Assembly: GCF_016433145.1 (NCBI RefSeq)
Contig: NC_058130.1
Span: forward strand, 2,547,715-2,611,714
DNA: 64,000 nt
Reading direction: 5' to 3'
Source of the DNA: Gracilinanus agilis
Lineage: Eukaryota
Part shown: positions 36,601 through 48,600 of the stretch, in pieces
How positions within the stretch are numbered: position 1 is the stretch's first letter
Layout of the letters: the number at the start of each line of letters is the position of its first letter
Notes under the pieces: generated by a model
The model's database searches: none
What the model was told of the DNA's origin: nothing
What the model saw: only the letters and a program-made list of their open reading frames with translations
Made by a program: the position numbers and the translations under genes

Positions 36601-39600
36601 AACATGCCCCTTCTTCCTCTCCTCCCAAGTCTCTCGGTTTCCTTCAGGGCACAGCTCAGCAGCCCTTTCCCTCTCCTTGAGTCTCTTCCATCTATCTTCT
36701 CCCACTGGGAACTAAGCCCCTCCATTCTGTGGCTTCCTGCCTCTCCTTGTGCCCCCTATCCCCACGCTGTTCTGCCAGCCTGAGGGCACCTGGCTACTTG
36801 GCAGCTCGGTGGGGTGAGAAGAGCCCCTCTGTCTGCAGCGAACTTGGATGGCCTGAGTTCCTGCAGGGTTGGGGGTGGGAAGGGCCTCAAAAGAGGCACT
36901 TGGTGAAGTCCTGCCCATACAGGGCCTTTACTGCTAGCTCCTGTGGGCTTTTGGGGGTAGCAGAAGCGAGTGCCCTGGCATGGAGCAGTCCCTGTGCCCT
37001 CTAGGTCAGGAGAGCCCCTGAGGCTCACTAACCAGATGGGAGCAACTTTGGGCCTTGCCTTTAGTTTGGTTACACAGGGGGGGGGTCCTAGCAGGCCCTT
37101 TCCATTCAGCCTCTCGAGCTGTGCCATTCTGGTGCCATCCAACACCCCAAAAGCACTGGGCAGGGCAGCCCTGGCTTGCCACAGAGCAGAGCCCTGCTGC
37201 TGCGGAGGGTCTGCTCTGTGCCCGACGGGCCTTTGGGACACCAACTCTGGTGATGTCTCTCCCCTCATGATCTGAATTTCTCCCACAGGGTTCCTGAGTT
37301 TGTGAGGGAAAAGCGCTTTGGGAATTGGCTCAAAGATGCCCGTGACTGGGCCATCTCCAGGAACAGATACTGGGGCACCCCGATCCCCCTGTGGGTCAGC
37401 GATGACTTTGAAGAGGTGAGGGTGGGGGGCAGCTGGGCAGCTCAGTGGATCAAGAGCCAGGCCCGGAGACGGGGTGGGGGTGGTTCTAGATTCAAATCCG
37501 GTCTCAGACACTTCCTAGCTGTGCAAGTCCCTTAATCCCTAGTGCCTAGCCCTTACCACTCTTCTGCCTTGGGACTAATACTTAATATTGATTCTAAGAT
37601 GGGAGGTGAGGGTGCGGGGAGGCGCCCCACATCCTGGCTGTCAACCATGGCACCAGGAGGAGCTATAGACAACATCCAGTCGATCAAACCCCTCTGTTTT
37701 GGCAAGTTGAGGCTCAAGGGATGAGGCTTCCCCACTCCCAGGGGAAGAAGCCCCTTCTCTTCCTCTATCAGTTCCTCTTGGACCAGAGCCCTAGAGGTTA
37801 CGGCCCTCAGTCAGGGGCACCCAGGGCTTGGTACCAGCCCTGGCTCTGAGGTGGACTAGTCCCTGGAGCTCACTGCCCACCTCTCCAAGGAACACACCAT
37901 AGCCTTGCCAACCCACAGAGGGATTAGGGGTGGGCCCACCTCCTCCTGAGAACCTTTGCCCAGTGTTGGAACGCGCAGTCCTCGTCGTACTCTGTGCTCT
38001 CTGACACGTGGCCTTGCGGTCTCGGGCAGGTGGTCTGTGTCGGGTCCGTGGCGGAGCTGGAAGACTTGACAGGAGCGAAGCTCTCCGACCTGCACAGGGA
38101 GAGGTCAGTCTGGGCTCTGCTCCCCTTGGGCCTCGGTCCAGTGCCCACCCTCTGGTGCCAACGTCTCCCTCTTCCCTCCCTCCCTCTCTCTGTAGCATTG
38201 ACCACCTGACCATCCCTTCCCGCCTGGGGAAGGGCCCCTTGCGCCGCGTGCCCGAGGTCTTTGACTGCTGGTTCGAGAGCGGGAGTATGCCCTATGCCCA
38301 GGTCCACTACCCCTTTGAGAACAAGCGGGACTTTGAGGAAGCCTTCCCCGCCGACTTCATTGCCGAAGGCATCGACCAGACACGCGGGTGGTGAGTGCAA
38401 GGGCTGGAGCCCAGTGGAGTTGCTGCCACCCTGTGGGGACTGACCAGCTGGGACCAGGGACTGGAGAAGAGGGGAGAGTGGGACAAGCGCTTTCTTGCCC
38501 TCACCGACAATTTGGTGATCTGGGGCTCAGACCCCCAGCTTGTCCCCAGGAGCTCACACCAAGGGGGCTGAAGAAACCTTGGGATTCCAGGTTTTTGGGG
38601 GGGCCTTGGCATCCCCAGAGGCCGCTTGGAGCCTGGCACATGGGGGAGCTTAGTCCCTCAGCCCTGGTTGGGAGGTTGAGGGATGGATCAAGAGTAGCCC
38701 AGGTAGGCCTCCCTCTGGGACTAAAGATGACAATAATGTGGCCCCTGTGTTCAGAGGAGGAGACAGTGCATGAGGGGTTCAAATGGGGGTCTAGGAGGTT
38801 GGTTAGAGGAGAGCTGCTACTCTTCCCTGGAGATGCCACACAAAGGGCTTGACCACATGGGCACCACCTCCCCATTGGAGGGGTCTGGCCACAGGGGAAT
38901 GGTCCCTGGGGGCCCCTCAGGGCTAACCCAGCCCCATTCAGAGCAATTCCAGGGCTCCCCTGAGAGCATGGCAGCCACGGAGGGTGCCACCTGCTCCACC
39001 TGCCTGCCACTACCAAGCTCTGCAGTGGAAGGGCTCCAGGCATCTGGCCATTGGAATTACCAGCGTGGGGTTCCCTTCTGGGCCCACTGACCTGATGTCC
39101 TCTGCTCAGGTTCTACACTCTGCTGGTGCTGGCCACTGCACTGTTTGGGAAGCCTCCCTTCAAGAATGTCATCGCCAACGGGCTGATCCTGGCCAGGTAT
39201 GGAGCGCCCAAGGACAGGCCTGGGGCATTGCCCTTAGCTGCCCAGTCCCACTGACCATCTCACCCTGGCATCCAGCAGAGGCACCTCTTAGAGATTGCCG
39301 GGAGAATGTGGCCGAGAAAGGCTGGGATGGGCCTGGGGTGAGGCCCGGGAGCTCCAGGGCAGAGTTGTGCTCAGCCTCCCTATCTCTGCCTTCCTCCCAC
39401 TTCCCTGCTTACTCCTGGGGTTGACGAGGCCTTTATGAAGTACTGCCCGCAGGGAGCTGCCACCCTGGCGGGGGACTGGCGCATCAAGGCTCAGAGTGGG
39501 GTGGTCCTGGGCAATGGGCACCTTGGTAGTTCATCTCCTTCCAGTGGAACCATATGCTCACACAGCCACATGCCACAGCAGCAGGTTCAGCCCTTCCCCA

Positions 39601-42600
39601 GTCTCTGGGCATCCATTTGATTCCCATTCTTTGTGGTCACTCACATTGGGGTATCTCTGGGCCTTTCTGTCTGTCCCTGGGCCCTGGGCTTCCGTGGGTG
39701 CGGGGGTGAGGACCAGGCTTTCAGGAGAAGTTGGCAAAGTTTACAAGAGGTCACTGTCACCCTTTTACCCCAGCTGGCAGTGGGCATCGGGGCAAGCCCT
39801 TTTTGGAAATGGGCTCAGGACAGCTTCAGCTTCCTGGGCAGAGAGCTGGCTTTGGCGCTCAGGCCTTCTTAAGGCAGGAGGCTGACGCTGCTGCCTTTGT
39901 TTTTCAAGTGACGGCCAGAAAATGAGCAAACGGAAGAAGAATTACCCCGACCCCACAGCCATCATCAGCAGATACGGAGCTGATGCCCTGCGGTGAGAGC
40001 CCAACAGATGCTGCCTCTCTGCCAGAACGGGGCCCTTCTGAGAGTCCTTCTGGCTTTCAGACAGACCTCCGCCCCGCCACACTGATGGCTGGCTCTCCTC
40101 AACTCTCTTTACCCCTCTTAGTGTCTGTCCGTCTGTCTGGAGCCAGCATTTCTGCTCCTTTCCTCCCCCTCCCCTGTTTGCACCATCCAAGCCATCGTCT
40201 GGGCCAAGCAGAGATTCCTGCTTCCCCCCATTCCCTGGCTAGTAAGTCCCTCAGTCAAAATGTTGCCCACCCCCTCCCAACCCGCCCCCGCCGGTGGATC
40301 ACTGCGCCAGAAGCAGGCCAGCTGCTTATTTATCCTTTTGTCACTCTACGGTCTCGGCGCGTGCACCCAGGGAAGCTCACACAGGAACACACGGCACGAG
40401 AAGTGCCCCTGCTGAGGCTGATCTCAGCTCTTCTAAACTCTGGAGTGGGCAGGGGGAGGGCTGCCCGGACTGAGCAGCCCAGAGTGGTGACAGCCTTCTT
40501 TCGTTGCTCCAGGCTTTACCTCATCAACTCCCCTGTGGTCCGAGCAGAGAACCTGCGCTTCAAAGAGGAGGGGGTGCGAGACGTCCTCAAAGACGTCCTG
40601 CTCCCGTGGTACAACGCCTACCGCTTCCTCATTCAGAACATCCTTCGGCTTCATAAGGTACATGCCCGCCGGTGCCCTGAGGGCTTGGCACGAGAGGTGC
40701 ACAGTGGCCTTCAGGACTCAGAAAGACCAACTGGGGAAGGCTGGAAGGGACTCCTGGGCTGACATTGGGGCCTAGGCACGGAGGGTGCCCCCAGATGGAA
40801 TCTTAGATGCCCTAAAGCCCCTTTGCCTGACTGATCTGCCAAGAACGACCATCACTTGTGTGCCTTGACCCCATCCCTTGTGGCTTTAAGCTGGGTCTGA
40901 CCATCCCCCCTGGAGGGGGCCTGTTCTCGGCTTCCCAGTGAGCCGTCCTCCCTCCTTTTGAGTCCCTCTCAGGGCTCCTGCCCTAGCCTCCACTTAGTAA
41001 GGCCTTAGGTGCGCCCAGCTCAGGGCCTTCAGGGGCTTGTTCATGCTCACTTCCCCAGCTCTGGCCAGGTCATCTAAGGTGCTGGGGTGTCCTCGCTTCC
41101 ATTTCCATAAGCCTTGTTACCCCTGTGGGGCGCTGCAGCCTCGGAGGCTTCCTTGGCTCTGGGAGCCCTGCCCCAGAGGCCACAAACAGCCCCTTCACTG
41201 CCTGGCCCTTGCTCAGAACATGGCACTCTGGGGTGTGCGCCGCCTCCTCCCACTGCTCCTGGAGAGTGGCGACAGAGGTGGCACCCGTCCCTGCTCTCCC
41301 TGTCTCTCGGGTTCTCTTCTGCCTCTGCCTCTTGTTGTCTCTTCCTCCCTCCGTCTCTGCCTCTTCTATTCTCTCTCGCTGTCTTTCCTTCTCTGTGTCT
41401 CACCCCCTCACCACCCTCTTGTGGCAGACTGCCTCAGTGGCACTCCTTTCTGAGACTTCCTGGTCAGACTCTCGGCTTGCACCTCTCCCAGGTTGTGGGA
41501 GGGTGCTGGGGTTAGGCTCCTTCATGCCATGCCTTTGGCTGTGAACTCTCCCTCATGTGGCCCTTCCCTCCAGGGATCCTGATTGCTGCCTGTTCTGGCC
41601 CCTTCATCCTCCTGTGCCCGGAGTTTTCCTTGCTTTCTACAGACATCCAGTCACCAGAGTGCAGGGCGACAGATAGACCCTTTCACCGCTTCTTTTTTTT
41701 TGCCATTCATTGCCTGCTTTCCTGGAGAAAGAAGTCTTGGTGCAGGTCCTTCTTGGTCCTTGTCTTGGGCGCCCTTCTGCATCTTCTCCCTCGCCTTTGT
41801 GTTCCTTTTCTCATCTGTGGAGTCTGGAATGTTCTAGACCAGTGATGGGCAAACTTTTTAAAGAGGGGCCAAAGGAAAGGAAATGCTCCTCTGTCAGTCT
41901 GTTTCTAAGGCAGCTCTTTCCAAGTTTCACTGTATTGTATCCTACTCATTGTATTTGTCAGATTAGGAATAATGTCCCGTGGGCGGATAGAACATTTCAT
42001 TCCCCCTTCCCCCCCCCCCCCAAAAAAAAAATCTGGCCCATGGGCCGTAGTTTGCCCATTAGTGTTTTAGACTGTAGGATGTTGGGGTGAGAAATGGGCC
42101 TTTGTTTCTGGGAGAAGTTTGGGGTCATCAGATGAGCTTTGTAGCATCCTAAAGGCAGTCTGGGCCACTCTCCTCCTATTTCATTTTGGGTGACCCTGTT
42201 CACTTGTGCTGTCTGTCTAGCAGACACACTGACCAGTGGCCACCAGAGAACGTGACATTCCCGGCCATGAGATGCCCTTATCCACTTGGTTTCATATGTG
42301 TGGATGGTCAGGGCTGCTGATGTATGGCCAGCTCAGTCTTGCCTCCTTCCCCCTCAGCACATCTGTCTCCTTGCAATCAGGTCCACTGGTGTTTGTCTTC
42401 TGGTCATGCCCTGCCTGCCGTTCATGCTTGAATCATCTTCAGGAGGCCTCTCTCTGGGCTTTGAGGGCCCGAGTTCGTGCATCAGTAGGCTCTTTGGGGG
42501 CAGCCCTTTGTTCTGCTAAATCACAAGAGTTTTGTAATTGGCCAGCAGGGGGCCCTAACCATAAAGACAAGGCTGCCTTTGGAGGACCCTTTGCAGAAGT

Positions 42601-45600
42601 CTCCCCTGTCCCTGTTCTCCCCGATGCAGTTGGAGAAGATTTTCCTGGATGAACATTTTCTGTAGGTGGGAAAGGAGGTGTTACAGGTACTCCTGTATCA
42701 AGGAGGTTTCGGGTGGTGCCCCCCTTTCCCCTTCAGACACCTTGGGAATCCACGCATCGGTCCAGAGTGCCCCCATCAGCCCTCTCTGGCATGGGTTCAC
42801 CCTACTCCAGGCCCTTTCTTCCATCTCCCATTTTTATTTGCCTCCTCTCTGGGTTGACCAGTTCTGGCTGCCCTGTCTTTTCCTGCCCCTGGATTTGTTC
42901 TCACTTCCAGCCCAGCTGTGGCCAGCCAGGGCCCAAACCCTGAGGGTGGCAGGGCCAGCTCCCACAGCCGTCAGTGCTGCGTCATTCTGTAGGGTCTCCC
43001 GTTGGCAGGGCCCAGGCATCCCACCTCGCTCCTTATTTCTTGAACAGACTCCAATATGCTTCTCTCCACTCAGCCAATTTCCACTTGTACAAAGAAAGTG
43101 CCTTTACCGGGTCTCAGAGGGGTCTATGTGGAAGGGTGCTACCTGTGGTCAGTCAGCATTTATTACTTGTTGACTGTGTTCCAGGCTCTGTGCCCACAAA
43201 GCACCCATGAGCCAGTGGTCCCATCTCCTTCCTCCTCTGCTTTCATATGTCAGCTGGTCCACTCTCCACACATGGGGATGCCTTTATTCTTTATGTCCAG
43301 CCCTTGAGGGCCTGAGAAGTAGACTCATGACTAGATCCAAATCTGTGTCATTTCTGAGGTGCTCTCTTTCATGGCTCCTTCTCAGGAGCACCCCAGACGC
43401 TTGTGTCCTGTGAATGTTGAGTCACCTCCTTTCAGCTAGCTTCCCTGTCTGCTCTCTTCCTTCTCCCATCATTCATAGGCTCTTGTTCCAGCCCTTTAGC
43501 AGGTGCCAGAAGTCTGCAGCCTGCTTGGAGAGGAATGGAGATACGGCTGGCCTTGCCCTGGGGTAGGCGGCCTTGGATGTTGGAAATGGCTGAGTTTTGC
43601 TTGGCCCCTTGTTTTCTAGGCTCCCTTCAAGCCTGGAGAAGATGTTATGGAGCGATTCAGGAATTCACGAGACACATTTAAGTGAAGGGAAGTTCCTGAC
43701 CTTCCAGAAGTCTCTGGGTGGAGGCAGGGTCAAGATGGCAGCTTAGAAGCAGCAAAAGTCAAGTCTTCTGTGAAAAAAACCCTTTCACACCAATCAAAAA
43801 CAAAGTGCTTCAAGGGGGGCATAAAACCAGATCCAACAAGACAGAGCCAGGGGACCCTCCTACTCAATTCAACTTAAAAGGTACCCAAGGAAGGCTAAAT
43901 TCTCAGGTTTAAGGAAAAGAAAGAAGGAAGGTCCCAGGACCCCTTCCCCACCTATTGTGCTGAGACTCAGGCAATTGCTGGGATCTTGGGGCAAGGGCTC
44001 CAGCCTGGAGGGAGGCAGCTAGAGGAGAGGGGCAGAGAGGAGAGCAGGCTGTTCCCAGCCTTCAGCCACCTCTCCTCCATCTTGGGCCTTTGCCTCTGGA
44101 TGTTTTGGCCTCAGGGCACATCCAGCTCTTCAGGTCAGCTCTACCAGCTTAATCCCATTTATCAGTAGTGCAGATAAGAAGCTCAGTCTCCAACACCCTT
44201 CCCCAACCTACCGAACTGAGACCCAGGCTAAGAATCTGGCTGACTTGGATCCCAGGGTGAAGGCTGCAACTACAACAGAGTACCTTGGTACCACCACTGG
44301 AAGCTCAGGGCTCTGACCAGGCAGCTAGCAGGGAGATGGCTGGCAGAAAGAAATAGAGAGGAGGACTAAGGGTAGCTACCTTCAGCCTCCACACCTTCAC
44401 CTTCAACTTCTGCTGGCAGCTGGAGAAGATCTGGCCTCAGGGCTCATTGATACAATAGGTCAACTCTGTCAACCTAATTCAGTTCATCTGCAGAGTAGAG
44501 AAGAAGCCCCTTAAGGACAAAATAGCCCAAACCCACAGATCCAGCCAATAAACAGAGGAGCAAGAATACAGCCAATGGGGGAAGGGGGAGGAAAAAAAAT
44601 GACAATCAACAGCTTCTGTCCAGGTAATGAACAAAGAACAAATGGAACAGAGAAGGACCATGGTACACCAAGAAAAAACTCAGGAACTCCAGTGAATTGG
44701 ATACAGGCTTTGGAAGAACTCAAAACACAATTCAAAAAACAATTAAGGGGCAGCTGGGTAGCTCAGTGGAGTGAGAGTCAGGCCTAGAGACAGGAGGTCT
44801 TAGGTTCAAACCCGGCCTCAGCCACTTTCCAGCTGTGTGACCCTGGGCAAGTCACTTGACCCCCATTGCCCACCCTTACCACTCTTCCACCTATGAGACA
44901 ATACATCGAAGTACAAGGGTAAAAAAAAAAAAACAAGAGAGGCTGAAAAAATTTGGGAAAAGAACTTAAAAAGCAAAATAGGTCATCTGGAAACAGGCAC
45001 GTGAAATAAAACAAGAAAATAGTATCTTTAAAGCCAGAATTGACCAGCTTGATATAAGACGAGGCAAAGAAAGTGAAAGATGACCTACAAAGAAAAACAG
45101 ACCAAAAGGAAAAGGATGATCAAAAAGACAGGGATGAAATTCAGTCTTTAAAAATTAGAATCCAGCAACTAGAAGCAAATGATTTCACAAGGCAGCAAGA
45201 GTACATAAAGCAAAATCAAAAGAATGAAAAAATTGAGGAAAATATGAAACACCTCATTGATAAAACAATAGACCTAGAAAATAGATCCAGAAGAGACAAT
45301 TTAAGAGTTAATGAACTACTAGAAAGTCATGACAAAAGAAACCTTGACATCATTCTACAGGAAATTATCCAAGAAAACAGCCCTGACATTCTTGAACAAG
45401 AGGGTAAAGTAGAGATTGAAAGAATCCACAGATCACCTCCTGCATTAAAATCCCCTAATTGACAACATATAAGAATGTTATTGCCAAATTCATGAACTTC
45501 CAGACCAAGGAAAAGATACTACATGCAGCTAAAAAGAAACCATTCAGATATCACGGAGCCACGGTTAGGATAACACAGGACCTGGCTGCATCCACATGGA

Positions 45601-48600
45601 AGGAAAGGAAGGCGTGGATATGTGATATGCCAGAAAGCAAGGGAACTGGGTCTATAACCAAGGATCAACTACCCAGAAAAATTGACTATGTTCTTACAGG
45701 TCATTTAATAAAATAGAAGACTTCCAAGCATTCCTAAAGAAAAGTCCTAATTTAAACAGAAGTCCCTGGGGGTCCCATTGTCAAATTGATTGAATGATCA
45801 GCCTACATTTATTAAGCACCTACTGGGTGGACCATGTCCCTCCTGCTCAGAAATAGGCAGGAGCTCCCCGTTGTCCCTGGAACCTTCTTGCCTGGTGTTC
45901 AAGGCCTTGTCCAGCCTTCCTCTGCCCAACCTTTTCAGAGCTTTTTCTGTATTCTGGCCACACAGAGCTTCTTACCAGTGAAGGCTGCAGGCCTATGAAT
46001 AGGCTGCCCTCCCTGCCTGATGTGTCTTCACTCTCTGGCTCTGCCTTCCCTTTCTTCTTTCTGTGTCCAGCTCCAGGGCCCCATGTAGAGCCCCTGAAAT
46101 CTTCCAACCCATGTCCCAACTCACTACCATTGCTTGCCCCCCAAATCTCTCTGGCCTTAGAGAAGACCTCTCCTTTCCACACTTTCCACGCTACTCTGTC
46201 TCTTGGACTCAGACTGCCATGGTCTAGTCTGGTCAAGCCTTAGTGAGGCCCAGTTAGAGTGAGGAGACGAATGGAGGTGGAGACACATCTGGAGGAAGGG
46301 GTCAGGGATCGTTGAATGCTGGGCCGTAGTCCAGTCCAGTGGTCTGGGCCACCCCCTGCCCGCCATCTTTTCTCGGGCCTCTCTGTTCAGTTGGTTGCTT
46401 TGACCAGGGGATGGCACTCCTTTGAAAGACCCTCTCCTGTGACTGATACACGTAAAGCACCCACTCTCATTCCTGGCAGGAGGAGCAGATAGAGTTCCTC
46501 TATAACGAGAACTCTGTGAAGGAGAGCAGCAATATCACGGACCGATGGATCCTGTCCTTCATGCAGTCCCTCATCGGCTTCTTTGAGGTTGAGATGGCAG
46601 GTGAGGCCTGGTCAGCACCCAGGGAGATGAGCCCAACCTCGGGCAAGCGGCAGTCCGGGCAGGTAGGGGGCTGAGCAGCCAAAAGAAAGAGGTCGTTGGT
46701 GGGCTGCTGCAACCACTGCTCCCTGGAAGAGATTTTGGGGGAGAGCTTACAGGGTGCCAACACCATGTAGGCCTTCATGGGCCCTGCCGGGTCACAGACC
46801 CATTCCTCCTTCTTCGGTCACCTTAGCATACCGGCTATACACTGTGGTGCCACGGCTAGTCAAGTTTGTGGACACGCTTACCAACTGGTATGTCCGAATG
46901 AATCGCCGACGGCTCAAGGTGAGTGCCCCCTTGAGCCAGGCTGGCCCAGTGTGGAGGTGGGGGCCAGAGGGGCCTGACGGCTTGTGACACTGCCACAGGG
47001 TCTGGGACAGGAAAAGGGTTCTCCCCAAGGAATGAGGTCTGCTGGGTGCTGGAGGATGCCGTCCCCGTGGCCTCAGCCCTTGCAGCCCAGGAGCTAGAAC
47101 AGTGAATAGGCACCCAGGCCTGAGACCCCTCCCAGGGGCTGTGACCTCCCCTTTCATGAGGGATGTTCCTTGGTTTCTTCTAACCTTTGTGGCATGGAGG
47201 GAAGCCAGGCTGTCGGGGGCGGGCACCGCCCCAGGGAGGGGGCCTGGAATCTGTTGGTTACTGTGATGTCCCAGTGTCCAGATGAAGAAACCGAGGCCCG
47301 AGAGGTGACTTACCTTGTGGAGAGCAGGGGGATTCACTTGGCTTCTTCCCTCCCCCGCCCCTCGGGATGGGGTACTCAGATATCTGCAGGCAGAGGCGGC
47401 CAGAATGTGGCAGTGGGGAGGGGGGACTCGGTGCCCAATGATTTCCAGGCAAAGCCTCATTTTTCAAGGCATTCTCAGACAGAAGCAAGGAGGGATTTCT
47501 GGTCTTTTCTCTTTAGGGCGAGAATGGGACCAGCGATTGCATCATGGCCCTCGAAACTTTATTCAGCATTCTCTTCTCCCTGTGCAAGCTGATGGTGAGT
47601 GGGCCATCTCCCTCCTCACTCACCCAGAAGGGCGACCGGCCACAAGGGCCAGGAAGCAGTCTTCGGACCAGGGCATCCCATTTAAGAATTGGGTAATGCC
47701 AGGCTGGAGTCCTGCCAGGCCACATCCACATGCCAGCAACCCTCTGCCCCAGCCCGGATCTCCCGGGTGTTGCCTTAAATTTAGCTCAGAGCTGAGGCCG
47801 TGGGGCGATGGCATCACTCCCACCCCCACCCCCAGTTTTCATAGAGTAGAACGCCAGGGCATCCCCTGCATTCCTCCATGTTGGCCTAGGACCTCTGTCC
47901 CTTGTCCCTCGCCCGCAGAGGCTGCCAGGCCCAGCCTCTTGTGAGACTGGACCCCAACGAAATGGTGGGAGGCGGAGGGTGGTTAGTGACCAGGGCCAGG
48001 TGCTCCCCCTCCTGGAGCGGCTGGAGCAGGTGGGTGCCCTCTCCTTTCTGTAGGCCCCCTACACCCCCTTCCTCACTGAGCTGATATACCAGAACCTGAA
48101 GACCCTCATTGACCCAGCTTCAGTCCGGGAGAAGGACACGCTGAGCATTCACTACCTCATGCTCCCCCACGTCCGGTAAGCGTGGGCAGCACTCGCTGGG
48201 CAGGGCTCCATGGCAGACCTCTCCTGGGGCCACCAATAAGGCTCTCAGCGTGGAGGGGAGGCAGGACGCCAACTCTGGGCCTAGCTCTAGGCTTCCTTTG
48301 CCATCTTGCCAGGAAGAGGCCTTCAACCTCGGTAATTTGGAAAGGGGGCTTCAGGGCCTCCCTCCCACGCCTGGCTGTGTCTTGGGTGCTCTGGGTTTGC
48401 GTTCAGACATATTCAGCATGTGGTCTCCTGGTGTCTGCGGCTCCCTCACGAGTTCATCCTGAGCCCCACCAGAGCCCAGTCATAGGAGAGCCAGGGAGCG
48501 GCAGGGGGCTGTGCTGGGGTGCCCACCAGGAGCTTTCCTGAGGCTCTGCTGCCTCAATCTGGCCGTCCTTTTAAGAATAACTAAATAAAAAGTGGAGAAA

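Noticed and set aside
45073-45716. L1 ORF1 ORFs as a domesticated (L1TD1-like) gene
   Set aside because: The reading frame is broken by stops, frameshifts and a SINE insertion, consistent with neutral decay.
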